A stretch of 64,000 bases of DNA from Camelus ferus. Lineage: Eukaryota. Under the pieces are notes generated by a model. The model was not told the origin of the DNA, searched no databases, and was given only the letters and a program-made list of their open reading frames with translations. Shown piece by piece: positions 1 through 14,200 of the stretch (positions are counted from its first letter, which is position 1; every line of letters begins with the position of its first letter). The translations under genes and the position numbers were made by a program. The DNA lies in NCBI RefSeq assembly GCF_009834535.1, contig NC_045696.1:47122001-47186000 (forward strand). The letters are read 5' to 3'.

Positions 1-1576
1 TAATATCTTGCATAAAAAGGTACTCAGTAGGTTTTATTTGATTTGATGGCAGAAACATCATTGCATTACTGAATAGATAAACTCTAAGCATTGTGCAGAC
101 ACTTGGAAGAAATTAAGAAATACACCTTCATATGAGTACACGGGGAACACTAAGATTATTGCTACGAAGAAACAAAGATAAAAGCACAATAGAATGAGAT
201 TGTATCCCTTGGGACAATGAAAACCAAAGAAAATATAGCTTTGGTGTATTATTGTATAATAAACCTGTTTACAGAAGAAACCAGTAAGAATAATCCGTAA
301 GAAAATAAAAAGAAAAGCATAACGAACAAGCGGCACTTCACTTCCTCATGTTTTCTTATCCTCACTCAGAAAAGGAGTAGAACAGCACATCTTTCACGTT
401 CCCCAGGTGTCTGCTCCCTCAGCCACTCACACCACTGGGCGCATCCCCGAGTAGCTCTGATAATAATCCCTAGCATGTCTAAAGAAGTGTCAGACTAACT
501 CATCTTAGAAAAGAACCACTTATTCAGCAGAGAAGAACTAGCAAATAGCTCATTTCATCTTAATTAGCCCAAGATGATGCTGCTGAAGCACTCTGCTTTC
601 TCATCAGTGCTATCCATCCTACCGCAAGGGAGGAAGACTTTGATGTCTCTGACACCAGCTCAGCCTCAGGGACCAGCATCAGGACTGCAGATCCTGCGTG
701 AGGCTGTCCGAGTTGCCATGAGATAGGCGCCTAGGATGAGTTTGCCTTTTCAGTGGAACAAGCTGTACTGTGCAGTGGAGAAAGTGACCTCTGGCATTTG
801 TGTTCAACAACTGAAATATGTGCACCTACTCTGCAGGGAAGTGCCGGGACCCAGAGCGGTGAGCGAGACCGTGCCTCTGCTATCATGGAATCTCTGATCT
901 CCATTTGAAAAAAATGGAAGAAAGGTTAGAAAATGAAAACAGAAGTGAGGGAGTACACTGCTACTCGGGAAATGCATTAGTTACTGATAAGAAGTCTGCC
1001 CACCTCTTTTCAATTACTTGCTTAGACCACTGCTAGACTGCAGGAAAACAGTCAGAGAGCTGCAGAGACCTCTCAGTATTTGCTGTTTCCACCTGGCACC
1101 AGCCCCAGATAGAGTCCTCGGCGGCCTGCAGTGTCTGTGTGACTAGAAAACAGAAATGGAATGGGCCCCCTGCTCCAGTTTAGCCAGTGTCCCTTGTAGC
1201 CTGCTGGCTGAGTCGCCACCCTGGTCTCTGCCAGTCACTTCATTTACACATTGTTCTCACTCAGCCTCTCACAGGAAGGCATCTTTCCGAAAGCGCTGCA
1301 GACATTATGTGTGAAAAAACAAGGCAGTATAAATAGCTTTCTGCTGCTAATTGCAACTTGCCACTCACATTTTGCTTCCGGAGAGCTCTGAAAGGGACCA
1401 ACCCAAACCAGTAATAGCACAGGAGCCCTGGAGGGCCAGTCCTGTCTCCCGCTGAGGGAGAGCAAGGATGGAGAGAGAACCACCTGAGATCTTGGGGGCC
1501 AACTGGCTGCTTAAAGGAGCACATTTGCCCAGGGTGGAGCCCAGCCAGGCAAATAGGGAGTGGTTTCCCAGAGTAC

Positions 1577-1681
1577 CTGATAGGTCAGCTCCTTGATGCT
1601 TCGCTCCAGCCTGCGGGCTCCCCTCTGGGCCTCTGCCTTGCGACGGACCTCGCTCTCCAGTTCACCTTCCAATTCACGAAC
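1577..1681 (-). CDS. MYH15: MYH15 exon, 105 nt, LMM
   Basis: [50 protein letters not shown]. Confidence 0.95.
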
Positions 1682-4600
1682 CTGCAAGCAAACCATGGTC
1701 TCAGACCACAGGCAGGCAGCCAGCAAGCCGTGCCAGCATGGTGTTTGCCAATTGGCACGATCCTTTGAAACACAGTGACATCGTTGAGGGCAGATGTGTC
1801 CACTCTCATTCTGGCAGTGGTGAGACAGGGCAACCTCTCTGGGAAAACTGCCTCCCAAAAGTGAGCTGGTTGAACTATGTGAGCTCATAAAAGGGCTGTT
1901 TAGACTCTAAAGGATGTGAAAGGCTAATCCATGCAGAGGTGATAAATTTCCCCTCATAGATAACAAAATTGCACACACACGTGTGTATGCATGAACGTAC
2001 AGAAGCATAGAGAGAGAAAAAGCTACACATAGCGCTCCTGGAGGTTTTAGCCAATATACGACCTCATCTTAAGCTTCTTTCTCCATGTTCAGCTCTGACT
2101 CTAGAGAAATCAGACCCTCAGTCTGTGTCACACATAAGTCACCCACAGCCCCACAGCCTTGCTTTGAGGGAGAGCTGCAGTACAGACTAATAGCTGGCCT
2201 GCAGCTTTATCAAGTTATACGAACAAGGTTAACATAACATTCATTCAGCAAATATTTGATGCCTACTACACACCAAGCACCAGGGCCAAGGATACAGCAA
2301 GGAACAAAACAAAAACCTCTCCAACCGTAAGCCTCCATTGTAACAAAGGGAAACACAAAAACCGAAATGAAATGTAGAATGTGTGAGATGGTGATAAATG
2401 TGTGGAGGGAAATAAAGCAGGACCCAGGGTAAGGGGTAGGGATTTGATAGGGGAGGGGTGCTGGCTGCCCCCCTCCTCCCCTAGGGGTCCTGTCCCTGGC
2501 TCTCTCCTGTCCTTTTCCTACACAGATACCACCTTTTTGGGGGGGGGGGTTGTTTCATTGTTATTCCTTTTTTAAGTGATTAAAACACCTAAGGGGAAAA
2601 TTGCTTTATTAAAGCCAATCCTAGACATCACATAAGTTCACTGTAAATATTTCTTTATGTAATTCTAATAGATAATGGTATTATGATTATGTTGTTAAGA
2701 AATTCACCGTATTTCCTTAGTCTCATCTGATATTCAAAAACTCACTGCTACTGAGTTATCATTAGTTCTAGGACAAACGACAACTGGAAATGAAATAAAA
2801 TCCTGCAGTCTTAAATTTGAGATGGAAATACCAGTATAATTCATGTATTTTTCAGGGGGGAAAAAAAGGCATATTCCAAGTTCTTTGTTTTTATACCTAC
2901 ATGCTTTTTCTCTTGTACTAAAAATCTTGGTGCTTATATATGTTGTTGGATAAATAATTATATTACTTTTATTGCTAGTAGCAATAATAAGATAATGTTA
3001 TTTTGAAACTACAAACGCAGTTCATTTTATTTGCTATTTTGTTTTGTCCTCAGATACATTCCATGAAGGATGTACAGACAAAAACACTGTATTTTAAAGT
3101 CCCAGGAATAATCGTTCTTCATGTTTTATGCTCCTCAACTTTATAAATAGTTGGCTTCATTTGCTTCCATTAGTGTTAAAATTTTAGGGATGGCTGTATT
3201 TTTCTCTTTGATTTAAACTTTTTTTTAACAATTATGAAGCATGTAAGTGTTTCATGTGATTTTGCAATCAAAACAGCTAAATAAGGTGCATTCAGAAGGC
3301 CTTTCATCTGTGTTCCCCTCCTGTGGGTAGCTGTTTTTATGAGTCTTTGTTTTATCCTGTCACCATTTCTTTTTTGGAAATATAAGCAAATGTGTACATG
3401 TCTTTATAGTTCTCCTCTTCTGCACAGAAGGTTGTACACTCTCCATACTGCCTGCACTTTTTATCATCATACAGCTAGTCATGGCCCCCTGAACATTACA
3501 GAGCTCTTCCTCATCCTTACTAATCAGCCTGATTATATGACTGTACCATAAATATGCGTTGGCATTCTATTATATGGATACTCCATAAATGTGCAAAGGC
3601 AATACTTTCTTTTTCAGAGGCCCTTCTGTGCCGTGAAATCCCAGTCAAATATTCTTTCCATCCTTACAGCCTCTGTCATGTGACCTGCACATTGATATTG
3701 AAACTGATTAAATCATTTTTAAAATTCTATTCTCAAGATAGGTCTCTTATTTGTTTTTAAGCTCCCTAAAGGCAGGTACTACATCATTTCTGTCAGTCCT
3801 TACCATATCTTCACTAAGTCTTTTTGATCCTTCATTGAGTCGTTTCCCTCCAGTTTCTCTGGCTGTTAGGAGATGGGCGTTCCCCACAGAGGAAGTAATG
3901 GGAGCAAAGTCACAAAAAGCAAGATTGTGAGGGTGTGTTTGGAAACAGGGGGTCACTCTGGCTATGGGGAGCCTAGCGCTGGTGTGGGTGAGGGGAGGAA
4001 ATGCGTTCTAACTTAGCAGGAAGGTGGATTTCATCCAGTCCAAGAAAAGTCCTATTTGGTGGCCCAAAGTCAAGAAGAATAAATGAATATACTGAGATCT
4101 GACCCTGTCAAAGATCTGAAAATGCTACAAGCAGAAGTGATGAGGGAGGCAGGGACTCTCTGGTGCGATATTCTGGGACAATCTGACTTCAGATTGGAAG
4201 TTGTCAAGACCCCACGATTACACAGGCCAACTCCTACCCTGGATTCTAGTTTCTGGATTTGCTTCCTGTTCCCCATCAGGGCAGTCTGTTCAGCATTAGC
4301 CAGCCTTTCTTGTAGATCTTTAATTGTCTGCTCCATATTCTTTCTCATCCTCTCCAAGTGGGCATTGGTATCCTGCTCCTTCTTCAGTTCTTCTGACATG
4401 TTTTCTACCTAGAAAAGGAAGGAAAGAGACTGAGACAATTCAGCAGCCAACTGAGCTTAACACTTCTACCCATGATCAGTTCCCGCTGTGACTAGTGTCA
4501 TGCCTTGCCTCTGTGGACTTAATCTCTTCTCACCACGCTCTCCCCAACCTCTGTGGCCCTCAAGTTTGTTAAACATAGGCAACTGAGATAGCAGTAGCTA

Positions 4601-5163
4601 AGGACAACAGTATGGAGGTTCCTTAAAAAACTAAAAATAGAGTTATCATATGATCCAGCAATCCCATTCCTGGGCATATATCTGGAGAAAACTTTAACTC
4701 AAAATGATACATGCACCCCAGTGTTCATAGCAGCACTATTTACAATAGCCAAGACATGAAAACAACCTAAATGTCCATTGAAAAATGACTGGCTAAAGAA
4801 GATGTGGTATATATATATAATGGAATACTACTCAGCCATAGAAAAGAATAAAATAATGCCATTTTCAGCAACATGGATGGACCTAGAGTGAAGTAAGTCA
4901 GACAAAGACAAATATATGATATCACCTATACGTGAACTCTATAAAAAAGTGACCCAAATGAACTTATTTACAAAACAGAAATAGACTCATAGATATGGAA
5001 AACAAACTTGTGGTTACCAGAGAGGAAGGGGGAAGATAAATTAGCAGATACAAACTACTATTTATAAAATACTATTTATAAAATAGATAAACAACAAGGT
5101 CCTACTGTACAGCACAGGGAACTATATTCAATAGCTTGCAATAACCTATAATGAACAAGAATG

Positions 5164-5201
<38 letters not shown>

Positions 5202-8200
5202 TATATATATGTATATGTGTATGTATGTATGTATAACTGAATCACTATGCTATACACCAGAACTAACATAACATTTTAAACCAACTATACTTCCATTAGA
5301 AAAAAAGACAGCAGTAGCTACTGAAGAAATTAGGGTAAAGGGTGGTGGAAACAGACCAAAGATGAAGTACCATATGAACATCATTACACAACACCTGTAT
5401 GGAAAGAAAGATGACCAACTGAAGCCACCATTTTTAACTGAGTAAAGCACCGGGACACGTCCTGTAGCATCACACACCAGGAAAAGTGTGGAGTGCTGAT
5501 GAGAATGTTTTTCACGTCTCACTTCTACAATTCTGTGATTTACAACTGCAAACAAGTTTAGGCTCTAGGAATTTGGCAGCAACAGATGCTCTCGGTGCCA
5601 ATAATCTGGCACAAGGAAGGTTAATTCTTGTGAAGCCTGCTCTTGGCTTTGGTTGTGTATACAAGGGCTTGGTGTCTTGATGCAATTATTAAGAACTGTT
5701 TCACGAATCTCTCAGTACCTATAATGTAAGAACACTGCCCTCCCAGCCAAAGTTTCTCTGTCTGTCAGGTTACCAACCATCTGTATAATGTAAGTGTGAG
5801 ACGTCTGTGCAGATGGTGAGGGCAAAGAATAAATTATGGAGGCAACTCTGGGTTCTGCTATGTGGGGTTGGAACTCAGAGCTGAACTACTAGAGAATTAA
5901 AGTGGGGAAAGAGGTAGTGAGTTCATTTTTCAACATTGTCAAGAAAATCTTATAAAGGCAAGGTTGAGCTGATAGAGTCTTCCTAATGTGTGACAACATA
6001 AATTTACCAAGCAGGAGTAGAAGCTTTTTTTTATTCCTTTCTACCTATGGGGATGTTCATAAATGTCAAGCCTATTATTTTTCCTTGGCCAAACACTTTC
6101 CGGCTTTCACACACCTCTTTTTCTTGATTACAAAACGGCCAGTGACCTGCATGCTTTCCCATTCTTCTAGATTCTACAGTGACCTGGTAGCTAGGATTTG
6201 GTGCCAAAGTTTTGTTTAGTTCCCCAAGCGCTAAATCACTCAGGCAAACAAAAACATAAGCTTTTCCCTTCCTTTGAATTTTAAAATGACTAATGTAAAA
6301 TCTAATTGAGTATCTTGTCTCTGCTGTTTCCCTACTTTTTAGCAAGAGGATCAGCTTTCGATCATATAGCAAGGTTAGGACTGCTGCATATGGTTGTGGG
6401 TCTGAGGGACTGACTATACAAAGTCACTTGATGGGGATGGGGTGAGTGGAGGCTGAAACCAAGCCAGAAGCTCTGCTCAGTCAGCACCAGGACCTGCAAA
6501 GCTGGGTCCTTCACACACAGGCTTCCCACCTCCCTCCTTCTGCAATTATTTTTTTTCTGAGAATTGCCTTCTGCTTGCCATGCCTTTTGAGAGAAGTCTG
6601 CAACTGCCCCCAGGGGGTGACCAGAGGGTGTCCTTTTTCAGTTCCCACCAAGGTGCAGTCAAGGCAGACAGCCAGCCAACCCTGAGCTTAGCATCATTTA
6701 GGAAAAGCACTGCTACGAACAATTTTAAACTTGCAAATAAAGATGGTACTGGGGCCGTGAAGCCTTTCTTCACCAACCTGATTCTGTTACCGAAGCAGCA
6801 GTATGGGTTGTTGAAAAAAAAAAGGGAAATAAATGTTCTTTGCAGATCACCATCATAAAATTATTATAGACCCTGGGAAAATAGCTATTTGTAAGGAAAC
6901 ACAGGAAGAAGTGTTTCTAGACACTAGATATATAGATTCACAATTGGAAAGTGGATTAACTTTTTAAAAAATTCTCTTGCTTTCAAAAGATTTTGCTTAT
7001 AGCAATTCAGCTGCTCCTTTTCATCGCCTGGATAGGTTGGAAGGGAGGAGCTAATTGGCCTAATTTTTCAAAATAGGAACAGAGGCAGAGGGGTCAGCTA
7101 ACCACCCCCTGGCTATGCGGAGCATCAGTGGAATCCTTTCTGGCTGCAGCTCTGCCCCTGCCCCTTGGCTACTCCTCCCATCAGCTCTGGATGACGGGAG
7201 GGAGCAGGCAGTCAATGGACCCACCTCGGTGGCTGCCTTCCTGGCCTTCTCTTCTGCGTTTTGACAACCCTGCACCGCCTCTTCAGCTTCCTTCTGCATC
7301 CTGGCAACATCCACCTCCAGTTTCTTCTTCTGGCTGAGGAGACTGGTGTTCTAAGGAAAAGCAGCATCCTTGTTAGGCAAGTTGAGATCAGTGATGCCAA
7401 GGCAAGCTGGTCGGTCCAAGACCTGCAATGGGCGGGGCTCTGGCCGGCAGGGCGTTCTTCTCTGGTCAGCCCTATTCGATGAAGCAAGACTTCTAAGCCT
7501 GGGACACCACGTTAGAAAAGCACCTTTGCCTTCAAAGGCAGACCTGAGTGCAAGGGATTTCATCCATTCGAGGTTCCAGACTGACAAGATGACAGCCTGA
7601 ATCAGAAAGGAGAAATGGGTCCAGACAAACTACAAGCCCTGAACATGTGTCTAGTTTTAGGCTTGTAGAGAAATATGTTTTTCTGCCTTTTGTTCTTTGA
7701 TGGGGAAGAAACAAGTATCCTAGAGCAACAGTCAGGGTCAATAGCAGACATCTGGAAAGCAGGGGCTTGGGAATTAAAAATCAGTTTCCAGCACGCTGCT
7801 CCTGGGGAGAAAAAAGTCTTCTTCATTATCTACCTCCCTTTCTATCTCAATTTGCAGTGAGGGGGTGGGAAAAGTAGCTCAGATGCACCTCATCCCCCAG
7901 CCCTTAGAGGAGGGTGCTTTGTGTTCTGTGGCTGATGCTGCCCTAATTCTTTCCTTCCTGAGGTTGTGACATGAGAGGCTAAAGCTCTTTTTTGGTCCAT
8001 GTTTGTGGCACAGCTTTTCTGAGGGTGTGAAGTCTTAGCATAGAGAATGTATTTAAAAGGCACAGCCTTTCTATTTTTAATTTCTCCTCTGTTTTTTTCC
8101 ACTTTTCCTCTAACTAGTGCCTCTCTCAGTGGCAAGATTAAGAGTTCGAAATAGGAATAGAGATATCCCAGCCTCACAGGCTCTACTGGCTTCCTCGATG

Positions 8201-11200
8201 GTGTGAAGCGTCTCCGTCAAGGTTGCCATCCTCTGTCCTCATGGAGGGCCAGGCTCCGTGCACCCCTAGCTTTCCCGCTGCCATGGGTGTGGAATGGGGG
8301 GTCAGGGTATCTCCCTGGAATATGTTAGGATGCTCCCTGCACATAACTCCACAGAAACTCTTTCCTTGTAAAGGAAAATACAAGTATAAATGTTGATTTG
8401 TTTATATATAGAATGATTTAAAATCTGCTAGGGAGATGAGGGTTACAATCTTTTCAAGCTGAATGATTCTTTAATTGGTTCTTTTGGGGAGCAAGGGGGC
8501 AAGGAGGTATTGAGCAAAAGGGAAATCTAGACTGTCACAGCTCAGGTTTGAAAAAGGGTGCATGTTATCAGATAAGGATAAGTTTGGCCTCATATGTTTG
8601 TTCTAGGCTAGAGATTTGGGAATGCAGAAGGGATGTTAGAGCAGGCAGATAGCTAGATGTGAGCAGAGAAAAGGGGACACAGGCCAAACGGCAGGAATTG
8701 GGCAGAAAGGAAGATTACAGGCCAAATACAGGAAACCACACATCATGTAAACAGGGGTCCCTGGGCAGAAAAAGAAAAGGAGGAACCTCTGGGCTGATAA
8801 GTGGTCACACATTTTGGGGTGATCAGAGGCCTGGAGGCCGACAAAGAAAGATGGGAAAAGGCAGGAATCTCCAGTGTCCGAATGTAACCTCTTGCTCATT
8901 ATGCCCTCATTTCAACAAAATTAGCCTTGCAGATTAGAAGTACCTATCATGCACCGATGCCATGACACTTCCGATCCAGACTAAATAAGGACAAAAATCC
9001 CTCCTCCCTTTGGGAAGGTGGAGTTGGGATGAAAATCAGGGAATATAACCCCAATCCCTTCCTTCCCCAGTGAATATTCTGTTCATTCACTTTTATACCC
9101 CATGTAATCAACTTGCCAAAGAAACTCAGGGCAGCTGCTCACCAGCCTGCCCACTCTCCCCTTGACAGCGTACTATCCATCCCTTAATAAATCCCTGCTT
9201 TTCACTCTCTTAACGTCCATGTCCTGTCTCTGAATTCTTTCTGCAACAGGAAAAGAACCTAGTCACCAGCAAAAGTTCCATAAAATGCTTGTTATATGTC
9301 AATCAGAAGATTGACAGTGTTCTAGTAATTGCAAGGTATCCCCTCATGGCTTAGATAGGGGAGGAACCCTTGTGAGCAATATATCATCTACGCCAGAGCT
9401 GTTCGAGAGTAGTCCCTGGATCGGCAGCATCACCTAAGACCTTGTTTGATTTCTGTGTTCTACTGTGAAGATTCTAATTCAGTGGGTCTGGGGTGAGACC
9501 AGAGAATGTGCATTTTTGTGTTTCTTTCTCTCAAACACCTAAAGTTTCAGAAACCCTGCTCTGGAGATCAGGGTCTTTTGTTTTTTGTTTTTTGTTTTTT
9601 TGATTTCTTCTTGTTTGTTTTCAAATCTATCTCCTCCTCTCTATGTCTGCTTTTGCTCTTGGGAATTATGCATAATCTATAGCCTATTTGTTTTATACCA
9701 TATGGTATCCAAATAGGATTGTGTCAAGCACATGGACACAAGTCAAGCTGTAAGCACAAACTAAATGCAATGCCTTCCAGTTGGTACATCTTTGGTTTAT
9801 ACTTCCTTTATCCATGTTTCTCAGTGGGATCGCAAGTTGGCATTCTGGGTGGGGCAATTCTTTGTGATGTTGAATTATTCCGTATCTTGCAGGAGCAGGA
9901 GTATCTCTGGATCCTGCTCGCTAAATGTCAGTGGCACTTCCCTGTCACTTGGGCAACCAAAATGATCCCACAGACATTTCTAAATACCCCAGAGCATGGC
10001 AGATCTGCCCCTAGTTGTTTTAATCCATCCTTCACAACAATCAGCAGAGTAAACTTCCTAAAATGTGGATCTAATAACTTCACTCCCAACGTACTCAAAA
10101 TTCTTCAGTAGATGCCACCCCACCCCCCCCAATTAGCTCCATGATAGAATTCAGATTCCATCTGTCTCAGACTTAAGGTTCCTGGTGACCTGGCTCTCCC
10201 TGCCCCTCCCTTAGCATTTATCTGCGGAGCTCTCCTACCCCTCTCCCAGCCCCATGCTCTAGCAAGTAGATCAATTCCCTCTTCTCCCCATGCCTCTACC
10301 CTTGACTTTCTGCTGTACCTGGCTGACTTCTTACATGGCCTCCACGACTCAGATTAAGCATACTGCGCATCTACCTATGTCTGGGATTGTCAGGGAAGGC
10401 GTTCTGCAGGGGTGTGCTTGCTTTATCAATATACTTCCAAGAGTGCACTGTAATTTGTTTGTTTACTTAGATTTTCACTTTTTTAGGATGATAGAGATAT
10501 CTATACCATGATAGATTCATGGTATCTACCTATACCATGACACTTGTCCAGGTTACCATGGGTGCCCTATAAATGTTTGTTGAATGACCTGTTTACTATA
10601 CACATTTGTCCTAGCCAGTATGGTTTCTCCTGATTCTATGAGAATGGCATAGAGTCTAAGAATTCTTGCTTTGTGTCACTTACATAACCTTCCATGAGAA
10701 ACCAGAGTCCTGACAGCTCATCGTATCTGTCAGCAGTCACTCAGAATTGTTTGAAATCTCCTGGCTCCAAGGCAGGAACTTGTTTTTTTGTTTTTTGTGT
10801 TTTTTTTTTGAATCTTGGGATGCTGGGGGAACACACGGCTTAGAGGGAACAGGAGAAGCAGGCAAGTTGTCCTGGAACACTAGGGAATGTTCCCCTCCCT
10901 CTCTCCCTAGCATCCTGGTGGCTGTGAGTGCACGGACTGTTTATTCTTCTGGCAGAGGCTTTGTGTTACAGGTCCCAAAAAAACATAAGTTGAAGACCTA
11001 ACCCCCAATCCTCAGAATATGACTTTCCTCGGAAACAGGGTCTTTACAGAGATAATCAAGTTCAAAAGATGTCATTAGAGTTGGTCCTAATCCAATATGA
11101 CTGATGTGACTGATGTCCTCATACAAACTTGGAAATTTGGGCAGTGACAGATTCAGAGGGAAGATGTTAAGACACAGAGAGAAAATGCCAATGGAAGACA

Positions 11201-14200
11201 GAGAGTTGGAGTGACACATCTCTAAGCTAAGGAATGCCAGAGACTGCCAGCAAACCACTAGAAGCTGGGGAAAGGCCAGGAAGGATTTCTCTACAAGATT
11301 CAGAGGGAGCACGATCCTGCCATCACCTTAATTTCAGACTTCTAGCCATCAGAACTGTGAGAAAAATAACTTTCTGTTGTTTGAAGCCCCTCAGCTGGTG
11401 GGACTTGGTTGCTGCAGCTCTAGGCAACTGATGCATTTGGGGGTGAAAGAAGGGTGTGACCGGCACACAGCTGCCCAAGGCTCTTCCTACACCTCCAAGG
11501 CCACACCCGAGGCTCTGTGTGGTCACCGTGTCCATACTGACACCTCCTACCAGCTAATGCAGCTGATGGATAGAGTTTCCGGGCCCCACCTGGGTGTGGA
11601 AAAGATTGATCTTTTCTGTGGCTTCCAGGAGCTCGTCCTCTGCCAGCCTGCGCCCGCGCTCTGTCTGTTCCTGCAGGGACCTCAGCTCCTCGAGTTCAGA
11701 CTGGAGAAGAGAGCTGCGCCGCTCGGCCACAGCCACCTGCTCCTTCAGCTCACTGTTCAGCTGTGTGCTGTCCTCCAGCTGCACCCGGAGGTCCTGCGAA
11801 AGAAAGCACAGGCCCAGGGCACAGGTCCCTGGGAGTTCTGTGGGAACTGCCTGCCCGCTCTGAACAAGCTCCATCAATTAAATGCAAGCCCATCCCTGCT
11901 CTCCTGAAGGCTTAGATCTGTCCTCATTCGTGTTGCTCAACACAACCTGGTGCTTGGTTTGCATCCATGAGCAGAGGCAGCCCTCTCTTACCCCTGTATG
12001 ATGATTGAAAATACCTTGATCTGGATCTGAAGCTGGCCCAGGGATTTGGTTGTGTCTGACACCTGCCGGTTGGCACAGCTAAGCTGGAGTTCCAGCTCAG
12101 TGAGGTCCCCCTCCATGCTCTTCTTCATCCGGGTAGCCTCGACTCTGCTCCTCACTTCAGAATCCAGACTGGACTGCAGGGAGTCAATAGCACACTGCTG
12201 CTTCCTCCTAATTTTAGAATAACATTCAGGGAGAAAAGTCATGCACCCACATTAAGAAAGGTTACCTGCTGTGTACACAACAGTTTCAGAATCAAAAAAA
12301 AATTAAAATCAAGAAAAAACTGTGTAATTCACAAAGTGAGTCTAAAGGGTTTTCATTTGGAAAACATGGAGGTTGAAGGGTTAGGTTAGTGAGATTTTGT
12401 CTGTCATCATGCACTAAGATTCCCAGGTCAACTTCCTAGAAGAATCAAGAAAAGCATCAGAATCTTTTTGAGGTCCTGTGGGGCAGCTGTTACCTTAGAT
12501 AAGACCCCCCAAGGCCAATCTAGGGCAAACATCTGCATTTCCTAGAATGGCTAAGGATGAAGGGAGCATGTTCTCTCACAAAGACATAATATTCAAACAA
12601 TTTGTTAATTCCCCTAGGAGAGCATGGTTATCTTTTTCCGGAGTTTGGGAGTACAAGCAAGGATAAGCTGAGAAAACCAACCGCTGTGTGATATTGAGTT
12701 ACCTCAACACTCCTTTGTAAGAACCAAAGCTCTATGCTGAACCATTTTTGCAAAGGAACAGAAGCTTGCACAATAAATGTGGGTTCAGGAAGACAGTGGA
12801 AAATGTGGGGAACCCATGGCAATTATTTCCCAGCCCTCTTGCAGTGAGTTTGGGATGAGTGACTGAATTCTGACTAATGGACTGTGAGCGGAAGTGTTTC
12901 TAAGCCTCACATGTACAACTGTTTTACTTGTGTGTTCCTGTGTTCTTTTCCCCATCTTTGGTAAGCCTGGAGTCCACCCATGTACTCCATCACAAGATGG
13001 AAGGAACCTGTGTTCTCAAATGACTTTGCAGAATAGTGGCCTGCTGTCCACCCTAACCCCACACTGGATTCTGACACAAAGCAAAAATAAACTTTGATAG
13101 TTTGAATCCATCAAGATTTGGTGGTGGTGAGTCAGGATGGTGTAACTGTGACAACTTACACAGGCCCTGTTATACTCACCAATGAAACAGGGCCTAGTGC
13201 CGGGCAGGTAAGACAAGACGGAGGAGGGAACAGCCTTTCTGTTCTCCGTCCTCATGGAGCCCATCAGTGCAAACAGCAGACACGTATTCATCCTGGGTTA
13301 GAATTAGGTTCCACACTGGGTTGACTGGAGCCCGTGTCCTGAGCTCTGAGACCAGTCAGGGAGGTACAGCCCCAGAGGAGTCACAGCGTGGTCAGAGTTT
13401 CTGACTGGGTGGCAGGTTGGAGTTGTCAGTTTCATGACCACCCTTCTCCCCACTGGCCAGGGGAGGCCTCAGAAGTAGGTGTGGAAGTGGACATGGATAA
13501 GAAATCACTCCTTCTGGTTCCAGAGCCCAGAGTTAGCAGGTCTCCTTTGCCAACCCCATGTCCCCTGCCCCCACATGTTGAGGTCAGTCTCTTATGCCTC
13601 TCCTTAGGTCCTGGCTTTTGTTCAGCTCCCGGTCAGAATCCTACAGGGATGCCAGTATATCAAGTCACCAGAGATTCTTACGGCTGAATTGTGTCCCTCT
13701 CCCCCTCCCAACACAATGCCTATGTTGAAGTCCTTAATCCCCTTGGAAGTCCCTCAGAATGTGAGTATATTTGGAGATAGGGCCTTTAAAGAGGTGATTA
13801 AGTTAAATGAGGCCCTTAGGGTGGGACCTAATCCAATCTGCCTGATCTCCTTTTAAGAAGAAATGTAGACACACAAAGAGACACAGGGAGAGGTGTGCAT
13901 GGAGAAAAGGAAATGTGAGGATATAGCGAGGTGGCCACATGCAAGCCAGAGAGAGGTCTCAGGCCCAAACTTGCCGACATCTTGATCTTGAACCTCCAGC
14001 CTTTAAAAATGTGAGAAAACAAATTTTTGTTGTTTAAAACACCCCATCTGTGTACTCTGTTAGAGCAGCCCTGGCCCATTACTACCGCAGGGGTGCACCC
14101 TCAGACTCCCTGACAGCTTCAGGACACTGCTCTGTCTTGCACTGAGCAAACTCTCACTTTTGCCCCAGCCGACTCTCCTTGGTCGGGAACACCAAAGCAT

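Noticed and set aside
1..1576. Next MYH15 exon (EEDKKN...DKLQLKV type)
   Set aside because: No matching frame found; it must lie beyond the left edge of the window.
2800..2815. Minus-strand ttaagactgcag resembling the 5' end of miR-499
   Set aside because: One-base gap in the match, no hairpin partner, and not the homologous intron.
4631..4640. Perfect MEF2 site CTAAAAATAG
   Set aside because: Part of standard L1 ORF2 sequence present in very many copies; not evidence of a locus-specific enhancer.
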